Assembly (NCBI GenBank): GCA_964606295.1
Contig: CAZSFR010000001.1
Location: forward strand, 1 to 54,503
Length of the DNA: 54,503 nt
DNA from: an uncultured Candidatus Saccharibacteria bacterium
Lineage (GTDB): Bacteria; Patescibacteriota; Minisyncoccia; Phycocordibacterales; UBA9973
Direction of reading: 5' to 3'
The position numbers and the translations under genes are program-made. A model generated the notes under the pieces. The model saw nothing but the letters and a program-made list of their open reading frames with translations, was not told the DNA's origin and ran no database searches. Of this stretch, positions 1 to 8,986 are shown one piece after another (the stretch's first letter is position 1; each line of letters starts with the position of its first letter).

Positions 1-561
1 GCTATAACAAGAGACAATGTCTCTGTCAGGGTAAATGCAGTTATTTACTACAAAGTAAGTGAAGCCGATAAAGCTATTATCGAAGTGGAAGATTTCAGAT
101 ATGCCATATCGCAATACGCTCAAACTACTATGAGGAATATCGTGGGAGAGGTTACCCTAGATGAATTGCTCTCGAGTAGAGACAAGATAGCTGATCGAAT
201 AAGAGAAATAGTAGATAAAGAAACAGATGCATGGGGTTTAAAAGTGCAGAACGTAGAACTCAAAGATGTCAGTTTGCCACCAGAAATGGAAAGAACCATA
301 GGTAAACAAGCAGAAGCTGAAAGGGAGAAACGAGCTGTCATCATCAATTCTGAAGGGGAGCTAGCTGCTTCTGAAAATATTTCCAAAGCTGCCGAAATGC
401 TTTCTCGAACTCCTGGCGCATTGCACCTAAGAACCTTGCAATCTATCAATGACATGTCTTCAGATCAAAGTAATACCGTGGTCTATATGGTTCCCTTAGA
501 GGTCCTTAAGGCCTTCGAAGGGTTTACGAAGAAAGTAGATGTCTCTACCGATTTTACTTAA
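1..561 (+). CDS. SPFH/band-7 (stomatin/prohibitin-like) protein, 5' end cut by window edge
   Basis: Frame 1 is open from nt 1 (AITRDNVSVRVNAVIYYKV...) into the 85..561 ORF. The ...ELKDVSLPPEMERTIGKQAEAEREKRAVIINSEGE... segment is typical of SPFH-domain proteins. Confidence 0.8.
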   Translation, partial: AITRDNVSVRVNAVIYYKVSEADKAIIEVEDFRYAISQYAQTTMRNIVGEVTLDELLSSRDKIADRIREIVDKETDAWGLKVQNVELKDVSLPPEMERTIGKQAEAEREKRAVIINSEGELAASENISKAAEMLSRTPGALHLRTLQSINDMSSDQSNTVVYMVPLEVLKAFEGFTKKVDVSTDFT

Positions 562-594
562 TTGCTGAGTTTTTATTAACGAAGTCTTAAAAAT

Positions 595-879
595 ATGAGA
601 GAAAGCATAAAACCTGAATCAGAGAATAAAAAAGTGGAAACTGAAGAGTACGTTAAATCATCCGCCTTGAGATATCGCGATCGAGTTTTTACTGGTGCGA
701 CTCATTTAGATGCGAGCATAGAAATAAAAAAAGCATTTGAGGGTGAGGCTATGAATTGGGACACTGTCGAAGAAGGCTTCGTTACCTCGACTGGCAGGTT
801 TATCAATCGACAAGAAGGCGATAATATGATGGATAAGTATTACGAAGAAAAAATTAATTTACCAAAAGACGATAAATAA
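595..879 (+). CDS. hypothetical protein (94 aa)
   Basis: ORF only. It fills the gap between flanking genes and I recognise no motif. Confidence 0.4.
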   Translation: MRESIKPESENKKVETEEYVKSSALRYRDRVFTGATHLDASIEIKKAFEGEAMNWDTVEEGFVTSTGRFINRQEGDNMMDKYYEEKINLPKDDK

Positions 880-884
880 AATAT

Positions 885-1409
885 TTACTCCATTTTTTCA
901 TGGTTATATTTTGATATTTTTGAACTGATAATTTTTAGCCATTCCGTATATATTTCCGGATTTTTAAAAATTAAATTTTCTAAAACTTTTAGGTCAACCC
1001 AACGAAAATCCTGAGCTTCTTCGAGATTCAAAATTGGATCCTGATTGTAGCGCCCTACAAGGACATGGTCATATTCATGCTCTATCAAACCATTTTCGAA
1101 ATGCACTTTGTATGTAAAAGTAAAAGCTTCTTTCAGCTCACAATCAAATCCCATTTCTTCTTTTAGTCTGCGGTGGGCAGCATTCACAACTTGCTCATCT
1201 GGTCTCGGGTGGCTACAGCAGGTGTTTGTCCACAAGTCTCCGGAGTGGTATTTACTCGTAGATCTTTGTTGAAGCAAAAGTTGATTGGTTGAATTAAAAA
1301 TAAAAATAGAAAATGCTCTGTGCATTTTGCCATCCTGATGAGCTTTCAGCTTTTCTTCGAATCCCAACGGGTTGTCATTTTCATCTACAAGTATTACAAG
1401 GTCTGACAT
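885..1409 (-). CDS. idi: isopentenyl-diphosphate delta-isomerase, type 1 (Nudix fold)
   Basis: HRAFSIFIFN...LLLQQRS..K....LWTNTCCSHP and EHEYDHVLVG motifs are characteristic of IDI-1. An extended -10 (TGTTAGAAT) lies 6 nt before the ATG. Confidence 0.85.
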   Translation of the reverse strand: MSDLVILVDENDNPLGFEEKLKAHQDGKMHRAFSIFIFNSTNQLLLQQRSTSKYHSGDLWTNTCCSHPRPDEQVVNAAHRRLKEEMGFDCELKEAFTFTYKVHFENGLIEHEYDHVLVGRYNQDPILNLEEAQDFRWVDLKVLENLIFKNPEIYTEWLKIISSKISKYNHEKME

Positions 1410-1458
1410 AGAAAAATTCTAACATGAAAATAATCTGGTTCATACAGGAAGTGCGCAG

Positions 1459-1530
1459 TGACCCTACAGAGAATCGAACTCTGATTCCATCCTTGAGAAG
1501 GATGTGTCCTAACCGTTAGACGATAGGGCC
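1459..1530 (-). tRNA. tRNA-Glu (anticodon CUC), CCA not encoded
   Basis: The reverse complement is GGCCCTATCGTCTAACGGTTAGGACACATCCTTCTCAAGGATGGAATCAGAGTTCGATTCTCTGTAGGGTCA. It folds as a cloverleaf with a 7-bp acceptor stem, anticodon loop TTCTCAA and a GTTCGATTC T-loop. Confidence 0.85.
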
Positions 1531-1646
1531 AAGATAAGTAGAAAGTTAAAAGTTGAAAGCCAACAAGGACTTCGGCACTTTTAACATCGAAAATATAGCA
1601 ATTATTTGTTCTTTCGGCAATCGAGGATTCATACTATACTTCATAT

Positions 1647-2201
1647 ATGACCAAACAAGCAAAAGTGTGGCGCAATGCATTGTTCGTTATCGGTGTGTTG
1701 TTTGTCGCGGGAGCATTTCTCATCTCAGACAACGTGAGTCCAAAGACGCAAGCCAAAGATCAGGCGCAGGCGGAAGCATTTTTCAAATTTAATATTCTGA
1801 CGCATGAGAATATGGCACTTGGAAGTGTTGTGCCGACTTTCAAATCTAGGGATGAAGTGTGGAGCGCAGGTGTGAGCGAGCAGATGAATCGATTTCTGGC
1901 TGGCTCACCATTTGTAAGCAAAATGCCAAGCCAGCCATTCGTTTTCGCCTACAAGCTCGAATATCCTGCAAGGAACACTGCGTGGATCCTCTGGTATGAC
2001 GATGGAAGTACTGGGCCGAGAGTGGGGGAAGATGTGACTGTTGTTATCCCGATTGACGACCCAACCAACGATATGATGCTTTCAGAGAGAATCTTGCAAG
2101 GGACTGAGACAGAGGCGTTGGTGCGAGGCTATCTTGTTGAAGGAGGTGTAGCTAAAATACTCATTACCAAGACTCCAGTATACCTCTATCCACAACCTTA
2201 A
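1647..2201 (+). CDS. hypothetical protein with N-terminal membrane anchor or signal
   Basis: ORF with a hydrophobic N-terminus (ALFVIGVLFVAGAFLI). TATACT lies 6 nt before the ATG. Confidence 0.5.
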   Translation: MTKQAKVWRNALFVIGVLFVAGAFLISDNVSPKTQAKDQAQAEAFFKFNILTHENMALGSVVPTFKSRDEVWSAGVSEQMNRFLAGSPFVSKMPSQPFVFAYKLEYPARNTAWILWYDDGSTGPRVGEDVTVVIPIDDPTNDMMLSERILQGTETEALVRGYLVEGGVAKILITKTPVYLYPQP

Positions 2202-2284
2202 TTCCTTCACACCCCCTCATTCCAAATTTTGTACTCGAGGTCGGACCTCGAGTATAGAGGGATATCCACAGGTTTGACTTGCAG

Positions 2285-2300
2285 GTGAACGTTTGTTCAC
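2285..2300. promoter_or_regulatory. LexA (SOS) operator GTGAACGTTTGTTCAC in the lexA promoter spacer
   Basis: It has the GAAC-N4-GTTC core of the Gram-positive-type SOS box. It lies between TTGCAG (-35) and TATACT (-10, 2302-2307), and an identical 16-mer occurs at 6223-6238. Confidence 0.7.
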
Positions 2301-2313
2301 ATATACTTAGAAT

Positions 2314-2880
2314 ATGTTAGATCCACGACAAAAGAAGATAGTGAACTTTTATCAGAAGCATAGGCGCATGCCGACCTACGAGGAGATGACCAAGCTCTGT
2401 GGAGTCGCATCCAAGAATGCTGTCGCGCGGTCTGTGTCTCGCTGGATTGACGAAGGATTCGTGCAGAAGGACGATACTCGCCACCTCATTCCGGGACCAA
2501 TCTTTTATCGCATCAGATTGCTCGGCATCGTCGAAGCAGGTTTCCCGACGCCGTCAGAAGAAGACACAACAGAAACTCTCTCGCTCGATGACTTCCTGAT
2601 TGATCACAAAGAATCAAGTTACATGCTCAAGGTCAAGGGGGATTCTATGATTGAAGCAGGTATCAACGAAGGGGATTATGTCATCGTCGAGCGCACAGAG
2701 AATGCAAAGGTGGGGCAGATTGTCATCGCTGACGTCGACGGAGGCTTCACGATGAAATATCTTCGCCAAGGCAAAGACGGATATTATCTCGAACCTGCCA
2801 ACAAAAAGTATAAGCCGATTTATCCAGAAGTAGATCTCGCTATCGTCGCGACAGTCAAAGCTGTAGTGAGAAAATACTAG
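2314..2880 (+). CDS. lexA: LexA repressor (S24 peptidase)
   Basis: It has an N-terminal wHTH, an Ala-Gly cleavage site (VEAGFP), catalytic Ser (KGDSM) and Lys (FTMKYL). Confidence 0.9.
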   Translation: MLDPRQKKIVNFYQKHRRMPTYEEMTKLCGVASKNAVARSVSRWIDEGFVQKDDTRHLIPGPIFYRIRLLGIVEAGFPTPSEEDTTETLSLDDFLIDHKESSYMLKVKGDSMIEAGINEGDYVIVERTENAKVGQIVIADVDGGFTMKYLRQGKDGYYLEPANKKYKPIYPEVDLAIVATVKAVVRKY

Positions 2881-2915
2881 CCCGCAGGCAACTTACTGTA
2901 TAATAGAAGTGTTTT

Positions 2916-3593
2916 ATGAAAACAATCGTCATTCTCCACGGCTGGAGACATAGCAAAGAACTTTGGGAAGATTTTGCACGGGCGCTCGAAGAAGAAGCTC
3001 ATGTGATTGTGTTTGATTTGCCGGGATTTGGCTCTGAACTGAAACCGTCTTCTGTTTGGAATATTCCCGAATATGCGACATGGGTGAAGAAGAGAATAAC
3101 AGAGACGACAGATGCAGAAGATATCATTTTGCTTGGACATTCATTTGGCGGACGCATAGCAAGTTTGATAGCTTCAGAGCGACCAGTATGGCTCCGAGGA
3201 CTCATTCTCTATGGTTCGCCATCGCTTCGCCGACCTCCAATTCGCATCAAGTTCAAAATCAAAATCGCCAAAATATGCAAAGCGCTCGGGCTTCGTGCTA
3301 AAGTTATCAGACCGCATTCGGATTTGCGTCTAGCAGATGAGAGTGGTATGGGAGATATACTGCGCAAGATTATCGAATTTGATATGACGAAAGAACTTCC
3401 GCTTATCAGTGCGCCGACATTACTCGTCTGGGGCAAACACGACCAACCTGTCCCACTCAGAATTGCCCGAGAAATGCACTCATTGATTTCGGGAAGCAAG
3501 CTTATCGTGATGGAGAACGAAGGACACAATGCGCACCTCGAGAATCCAACATTATTTTATGGCATCATCAAAAAGTTTATCAAAAGCCTTTAA
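2916..3593 (+). CDS. alpha/beta-fold hydrolase
   Basis: It carries the GHSFGG nucleophile elbow, an HG start (ILHGW) and a C-terminal His (EGHNAHLE). Confidence 0.75.
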   Translation: MKTIVILHGWRHSKELWEDFARALEEEAHVIVFDLPGFGSELKPSSVWNIPEYATWVKKRITETTDAEDIILLGHSFGGRIASLIASERPVWLRGLILYGSPSLRRPPIRIKFKIKIAKICKALGLRAKVIRPHSDLRLADESGMGDILRKIIEFDMTKELPLISAPTLLVWGKHDQPVPLRIAREMHSLISGSKLIVMENEGHNAHLENPTLFYGIIKKFIKSL

Positions 3594-4944
3594 TATCGTT
3601 TTCCCTTTTCGGGATTTTCTGTACATCCTCCAACAAGAGGAATACGACACAGGGCGCTACATGAGATGGTTGCCGAGGTTTTTCTTCAGGCGCAACATCG
3701 AGAAACGCGAGCATGTGAAATTCACTCACAGAGCAAGGACCACAATTGTCATAGCATATGTACTTTTTGTATTGGACGTTGTCGGTATCATCTTCTGGCA
3801 CGAAAGCCTTTTCGTGGGTTTGCTTTTCATAGCAGTCGCTACCATCTTGATCCCATTTTATATATTTGTCGCCAATATCATCGCAAAGCCCTTTTATGAA
3901 CATTTCAAAAGGAAAATCCGTGCGCAGGCAGAAGAAGCTTTTCACTCACGTGGCAAAAATACCAAAGTCGTCGCAATCACTGGAAGTTACGGGAAGACAA
4001 CAGTCAAAAATTTCTTGCTTGAACTACTCAAATATAATTACAAAGTGCAGATGGTTCCCGGCAATATCAACTCGACAATGGGCATCTCTCGATGGATCAC
4101 AGATTATTTCTTGGAAGGTAACGACATACTAATCGTCGAGATGGACGCATTTGCGAAAGGGCGTATCGCAAAGTCAGCAAAGATTCTCCCGCCAGACATC
4201 GCTATTATCACAAACATCGGCGATCAGCATATAGAAAGGTTCGGGACAGAAGACAACCTCAGAGATGCATTAGGAGAACTTTTCGTGAAGGCAAAACCTG
4301 ACGCACATCTTATTTTCCCAGAGAGCGAGGAAGCATGGGTCAATCACATTGCAAAGGAGCAGAATCAGATTCTTCATGAAATTCCAACTAATAGCGAAAA
4401 AATTTATTACAGAGGAAAAGAAATACTTGATGTGCCGTTATCACAATCAAACAAAATCAATCTTCGCTTCGCTCTCGAAGTCGCAGATATTCTCGACATA
4501 CCCGAAGATTATGTTTCTCGCATTGTAAAATTGCTCCAGCCTCCGGAGAGACGGCAGAAAGTTGGGAATATTTTTGGCTATCAAGGAATAGACGATTCGT
4601 ACAACATCAGCTACACCACAGCGCTTGCGGGAATACGCGAAGCGAAATTGCAGGCAGGAGCGCAAGGCCAAAAGCTTCTCGTCATTACTGCCGGCATTCC
4701 AGAGCTCGGGCGTGACAATCTCGACAAGAACGAAATGCTGGGGCGTGAGCTTTCAGGATTGGCCGACCACACATTTCTACTAAAGAGTATCTTTGCTACT
4801 GATGTACAGAAAGGTTTTGCAGAGGAAGGGAAGTATTCTCTCGTCCCAGATCTTCATACTGCAATCGAATCACTTCGTATGAAGTTCTCACAAGATGAGT
4901 GGTTTTTACTCCAACAGCCAGAGTTGACTGACTTGTATTACTAA
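3529..4944 (+). CDS. murF: Mur-ligase family protein, MurF-like, with N-terminal transmembrane region
   Basis: Motifs are the P-loop AITGSYGKTT, NIGDQHIERFG, DDSYN and a C-terminal ITAGIPELG. Two hydrophobic helices precede the ligase core. The start is uncertain (3529, 3559 or 3661) because 3529 overlaps the hydrolase gene by 65 nt. Confidence 0.75.
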   Translation: MRTSRIQHYFMASSKSLSKAFNIVFPFRDFLYILQQEEYDTGRYMRWLPRFFFRRNIEKREHVKFTHRARTTIVIAYVLFVLDVVGIIFWHESLFVGLLFIAVATILIPFYIFVANIIAKPFYEHFKRKIRAQAEEAFHSRGKNTKVVAITGSYGKTTVKNFLLELLKYNYKVQMVPGNINSTMGISRWITDYFLEGNDILIVEMDAFAKGRIAKSAKILPPDIAIITNIGDQHIERFGTEDNLRDALGELFVKAKPDAHLIFPESEEAWVNHIAKEQNQILHEIPTNSEKIYYRGKEILDVPLSQSNKINLRFALEVADILDIPEDYVSRIVKLLQPPERRQKVGNIFGYQGIDDSYNISYTTALAGIREAKLQAGAQGQKLLVITAGIPELGRDNLDKNEMLGRELSGLADHTFLLKSIFATDVQKGFAEEGKYSLVPDLHTAIESLRMKFSQDEWFLLQQPELTDLYY

Positions 4945-4964
4945 AATTATCTGTTTTCAGAAGG

Positions 4965-6113
4965 TTAAGAATTTTTCTTACCTCCAACAAATTTCTCTAC
5001 AATATCAGTGTGATAATCGTATATGAAAGATTTGGATTCTTCGTGTGCTCGGACTGCTTCTTCGAGTAATTCTGTGATTTGATCTTTGAAAAGTTCACCA
5101 GATGCTTCCCAGAGGTAGAACGCCATTGAGCCGGGGATTGGATTAACCTCGTTGAGATACAGCGTATCTGATTTTGCGGAATAGAGGAAATCAATCCGAA
5201 CCATGCCCTTGAGACGGCACGCCCTATACACCTCTTTGGCAGTCGCTCGGATCCTTTCTTTGAGTTCCATAGGAAGCTTGGCAGGAAGTTCGCGAGAAAG
5301 TGTCGCCATGCCTTCGCCACCGCTTTTCTTGCCCCCCTTTTTATACTTGTCAGCAAATGAGAGCACTTCGTCATCAGTGAGTGGTCGTTCTATTTCGCTC
5401 ACGACAATCTCGCCATTTATTTTCTTGATAGCGCTGTTGTAGTCAACCTTGTCTCCTATGTACTCTTCGACAAGGATTTCTCGGTCTACATGAGCACTCT
5501 CGAGAAGTTTCATTTCTAGCTCAGTTTCGCTTTTTGCAATTCCGATGCCGATAGAAGAACCGAAGTGTGCAGGTTTGATGATAAGAGGGAATTGGTGTTT
5601 TGCCAAAATCTTCTTGACGATTTCTTTCGGATCTTTCTTGATATCATTTGCAAAATATGATTCACCACTGACTGTCTTGATTCCGAATTTTTCTGCGAGC
5701 GCTTTTGTAATCTCTTTGTTCATTGCAATGACAGATGCTTCCATTGAGGGAGATGTGAAAGGTATAGCGAGTGCTTCCATGACGCCTTGCCACGGACCAG
5801 CCTCGCCTGTGCCTCCATGAAATGCAAAATAAGATGCATACGGATACACCTTTTTCTCAGGAAACCCTCCGAGTGAAACATAGCCACCATCTTTGTCTTT
5901 TCCAAATGAAGCCTTCTTGCGGGGCGCTGTTATCCAATCTTTTCGTGAGACGAGATTGTGTAGGTACTGCAGTTCACCATCTTTCGATACGTAAATGACA
6001 TATGTCTCGTAGGCACTTCTGTCTATTGCCTCCACAACTTGAAGTCCTGTGATAATAGAGACTTCGTGTTCCGCAGACACTCCTCCGAACATAATAAGCA
6101 CTTTTTTCTTCAT
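4965..6113 (-). CDS. ddl: D-alanine--D-alanine ligase
   Basis: It has the KKVLIMFGGVSAEHEVS N-terminus and an ATP-grasp body. The ORF is open to 6164, but the ATG at 6113 is preceded by TATACT + 6 nt and matches the canonical Ddl N-terminus. Confidence 0.9.
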   Translation of the reverse strand: MKKKVLIMFGGVSAEHEVSIITGLQVVEAIDRSAYETYVIYVSKDGELQYLHNLVSRKDWITAPRKKASFGKDKDGGYVSLGGFPEKKVYPYASYFAFHGGTGEAGPWQGVMEALAIPFTSPSMEASVIAMNKEITKALAEKFGIKTVSGESYFANDIKKDPKEIVKKILAKHQFPLIIKPAHFGSSIGIGIAKSETELEMKLLESAHVDREILVEEYIGDKVDYNSAIKKINGEIVVSEIERPLTDDEVLSFADKYKKGGKKSGGEGMATLSRELPAKLPMELKERIRATAKEVYRACRLKGMVRIDFLYSAKSDTLYLNEVNPIPGSMAFYLWEASGELFKDQITELLEEAVRAHEESKSFIYDYHTDIVEKFVGGKKNS

Positions 6114-6164
6114 AGTCCGAGTATAACAGAAACGATTGTATGCAAACAAATCTGCTCCATACAA

Positions 6165-6204
6165 TATCTACCTTTTTGCGACGACCGTCGCAAAAAGGTA
6201 GATA
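6165..6204. repeat. perfect inverted repeat with 19-bp arms and a 2-nt centre
   Basis: The arms are TATCTACCTTTTTGCGACG-ac-CGTCGCAAAAAGGTAGATA. It lies between the divergent ddl and Y-family polymerase promoters. Confidence 0.8.
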
Positions 6205-6222
6205 GTAAGAAATTCTTGCTAA

Positions 6223-6238
6223 GTGAACGTTTGTTCAC
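6223..6238. promoter_or_regulatory. LexA (SOS) operator GTGAACGTTTGTTCAC in the polymerase promoter spacer
   Basis: It is identical to the 16-mer at 2285-2300. It is flanked by TTGCTA (-35) and TATACT (-10, 6239-6244), and the ATG follows 6 nt later. Confidence 0.7.
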
Positions 6239-6250
6239 TATACTGATGTC

Positions 6251-7495
6251 ATGAGCAAAGAAGAGAAGGCCATCATTCATATAGACGGGGACAGCTTCTT
6301 CGTCGCATGTGAGATGCTCTCACGGCCTGATCTGAAGGGTAAAGCCGTAGTGACAGGGCAAGAACGCGGGATTGCGAGTGCTATGAATACAGAGGCCAAG
6401 AAGGTCGGCATAACACGTGGTATGCCCGTCTTCAAAATTCGCAAAGAGTTTCCTCAGGTCATCATTCTCCCGTCACATTATGGACTCTATGAACAATACA
6501 ACCAAAAGATGCTTGCAGTAGCGAGAGAATTTTCTTCGGTCGTCGAGGACTATAGTATCGATGAATGTTTCCTTGATATCACGAACCAAGGGAAGACGTG
6601 GGAAGATAAGGTAGCTATCGCAAAAAGATTGAAGCATACATTGCAGATCAAACTTGGGCTCACTTTTTCTCTCGGGCTTGCGCAGACAAAAGTGCTTGCA
6701 AAAGTCGCTTCGAAAAATAATAAGCCAAATGGATTCACAGCAATGAAGTACGGCGAAAGCGAAAAGTTTCTCGCGACACTCGATGTGGAGGATATCTGGG
6801 GCATTGGACGCAGGATGGCACCCAAGCTCCGTTCGGCAGGTGTGCGCACCGCACTAGATTTCGTAGGCAAAGATGCCCTGTGGATAGAACACCACCTCGC
6901 AACTCCTTATCAAACGCTTTGGCACGAGCTTCGAGGCACATCTCTCTTGGAAGTCGGCAATCATCATGAAGATCTCAAATCACTCCAATCAACACGCACG
7001 TTTCCCAAAGCCTCAAGTGACAAGGAATATATTTTCTCTCACCTTTCACGTAATATTGAGATTGCATGCGAAAGGCTTCGCAATAACAAACTCTATACCA
7101 AGCACGTTTCGTTCTTTCTCAAGGATCACAAGACGCACAAACGCTCGTGGATAGAGCAGGAGCTCAAAGAGAATACAAATCTCGCACACGAGATTGTCTC
7201 GGCGGCGCGAGAGCCGTTTGATCAACTTTTCAAAAAGGGAATTGTCTACCGTGCAACGGGCATCACCTGTCATGCCCTCGTACGCAAAGAGAATATTCCA
7301 CAATCATTGTTTCCACTGTCGTCGGAAAAAGATAGCTTGTATGAAGCTATGGATCACATCACAGAGAAATTCGGGGATTACTCAATAGTGCTCGCGTCCA
7401 GCATGAATGCAGTGAAGTCGTTTCAAGGAGACACTTCGCGCATCGTCACTCGGCAAAAGCTGTTTGCTATTCCGTTTTTGGGCGAAGTTTATTAG
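6251..7495 (+). CDS. dinB: Y-family (translesion) DNA polymerase, DinB/UmuC-like
   Basis: The IIHIDGDSFFVACE N-terminal motif, SIDECFLD and the overall length are typical of Y-family polymerases. Confidence 0.85.
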   Translation: MSKEEKAIIHIDGDSFFVACEMLSRPDLKGKAVVTGQERGIASAMNTEAKKVGITRGMPVFKIRKEFPQVIILPSHYGLYEQYNQKMLAVAREFSSVVEDYSIDECFLDITNQGKTWEDKVAIAKRLKHTLQIKLGLTFSLGLAQTKVLAKVASKNNKPNGFTAMKYGESEKFLATLDVEDIWGIGRRMAPKLRSAGVRTALDFVGKDALWIEHHLATPYQTLWHELRGTSLLEVGNHHEDLKSLQSTRTFPKASSDKEYIFSHLSRNIEIACERLRNNKLYTKHVSFFLKDHKTHKRSWIEQELKENTNLAHEIVSAAREPFDQLFKKGIVYRATGITCHALVRKENIPQSLFPLSSEKDSLYEAMDHITEKFGDYSIVLASSMNAVKSFQGDTSRIVTRQKLFAIPFLGEVY

Positions 7496-7500
7496 TATTA

Positions 7501-8595
7501 CTATTCATCTTTTTCAAATCTGTCCAACAGCATCGGTTCAATCTCGCTCGAGACGCCAGTGATGCGGAGCACGTCTTTGTCCACCTTTTTGAGCTCTTTT
7601 CCCGAAAGGGAATATTGGTTCACGGCAGTTGAGAGTGTGTTGCCGAGTTTGTTGTGATACTCCTCATACGCTTTCAAATGTTTCCCGAGCTCTTCGACGC
7701 GTTTCATGATATCCTTTGCAGTTTCTTCGATATGAAGAGCTCGGAGACCCTGCAAAACTGTTTGGAGATATGCAAGGAATGATGTCGGAGAGACAATGAT
7801 GACTTTGTATTTTGACGCTGCGCGTTGGATAAGGTTCTCATCATCAGCGAGACCGACCTTCCCAACCAAAAGATCGTAGTAGATTGCTTCGTGAGGAATG
7901 AACATGAATGCAAAATCCATTGTGTTGTTTTCAGGGCGAACATATTTGGCAGTTTCAACAATACGATTTTTGAGATCGTTCACGAATACTTTTTCCAAAC
8001 GGCTTTTCTCTGTTGCATCACTTGTTTCGGAAATACGGTTGTAGTTTTCGAGTGAGAATTTGGAATCTATTGGAATTATTTTGTCGTTCACAAAGACGAC
8101 TGCATCCGGTATCAAATCTCTGCCGTCGTCAGTTTTCGCAAGGTGATATTGCATTTCAAACGAGCCTGGAGGGAGGACGTTTTTGAGAAGAGTTTCCAAA
8201 TAGTATTCACCAAGCACGCCACGCTGTTTTGGGTTCTTCAAGATATCCTGCAGACTTTGAAGTTGATCCGCAAATCCCATGACCTGTTTGCCAGTTTCTT
8301 TGACCTCTGTGAGCTCACGCGTAATCTCCTTGATGAGACGATTGGATTCAGTAGATTGAAAACGAATTGATTCGTTGACTTGGCGTTCAGTCGAAGAGAG
8401 CTTCTCGTCGACAGTTTTGCGGAGCTCGTTTAGTTGCTGAAGCAAAATCTGAGTGTTTGCTGTGCCAGTCTCAGAATCACCAGAACTATGGCTTTTCTTT
8501 ACAAAAAGGTATGCGACAAATCCTCCGATAGCGAGTCCCACAATTACGAGTAATATTTCCATGGGTTTATTGTAGCCTTTTTCTGCGTGCATCAA
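7501..8595 (-). CDS. rmuC: DNA recombination protein RmuC
   Basis: It has an N-terminal TM segment, a long coiled coil and a C-terminal nuclease-like core (GVLGEYYLETLL...IPIDSKFSL). The start may be the internal Met at about 8562. Confidence 0.8.
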   Translation of the reverse strand: MMHAEKGYNKPMEILLVIVGLAIGGFVAYLFVKKSHSSGDSETGTANTQILLQQLNELRKTVDEKLSSTERQVNESIRFQSTESNRLIKEITRELTEVKETGKQVMGFADQLQSLQDILKNPKQRGVLGEYYLETLLKNVLPPGSFEMQYHLAKTDDGRDLIPDAVVFVNDKIIPIDSKFSLENYNRISETSDATEKSRLEKVFVNDLKNRIVETAKYVRPENNTMDFAFMFIPHEAIYYDLLVGKVGLADDENLIQRAASKYKVIIVSPTSFLAYLQTVLQGLRALHIEETAKDIMKRVEELGKHLKAYEEYHNKLGNTLSTAVNQYSLSGKELKKVDKDVLRITGVSSEIEPMLLDRFEKDE

Positions 8596-8707
8596 AAGGG
8601 GATTGACGCTTGTCAGAGAACAAGGTAGAGTAAAATTAAGTAAAAAACGTCCTGTATTTGTTTGGCCGTTTGAGTTACGACATACTATTTTTTCATTAAA
8701 AAAAACT

Positions 8708-8920
8708 ATGATAAAAGAAACAAGTAAAAATCTATTTGCTCAAACAGCAAATGCGATTCACAGGAACTTTTCAGCAATGAGTGCTTTTTCGGGCCATTTT
8801 GACCCTTTTATCAATAAAGGCAATTTCGATCGGCAAATTATTGAAATGCGTCGATTGTATTCCTCAGAATATGTTGATGCATACTTGCACCAACAACAAT
8901 ATATTGATTATGTTTTTTAA
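8708..8920 (+). CDS. hypothetical small protein (about 70 aa; ORF open from 8603)
   Basis: ORF only. A TTGACG-17-TAGAGT promoter lies upstream at about 8615-8643 and a strong terminator lies downstream. Confidence 0.35.
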   Translation: MIKETSKNLFAQTANAIHRNFSAMSAFSGHFDPFINKGNFDRQIIEMRRLYSSEYVDAYLHQQQYIDYVF

Positions 8921-8938
8921 TGTATATCTTGCAGTTCA

Positions 8939-8968
8939 AGCGCTCTTCGAGAGGAGGGCGCTTTTTTT
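8939..8968 (+). terminator. intrinsic terminator
   Basis: AGCGCTCTTC-GAGA-GGAGGGCGCT forms a 10-bp stem with a GNRA-like loop and is followed by TTTTTTT. Confidence 0.7.
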
Positions 8969-8986
8969 GTACTCAGACGTTTAGTA

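Noticed and set aside
2232-2254. The palindrome TACTCGAGGTC-g-GACCTCGAGTA upstream of lexA, considered as a second operator.
   Set aside because: It lies just after the stop of the preceding gene and is best explained as that gene's transcript-end hairpin. It has no similarity to the SOS box.
6165-6204. The 19-bp-arm hairpin, considered as a rho-independent terminator.
   Set aside because: Both flanking genes start here and point away from it, and it has no T-run. It is reported as an unexplained palindrome instead.
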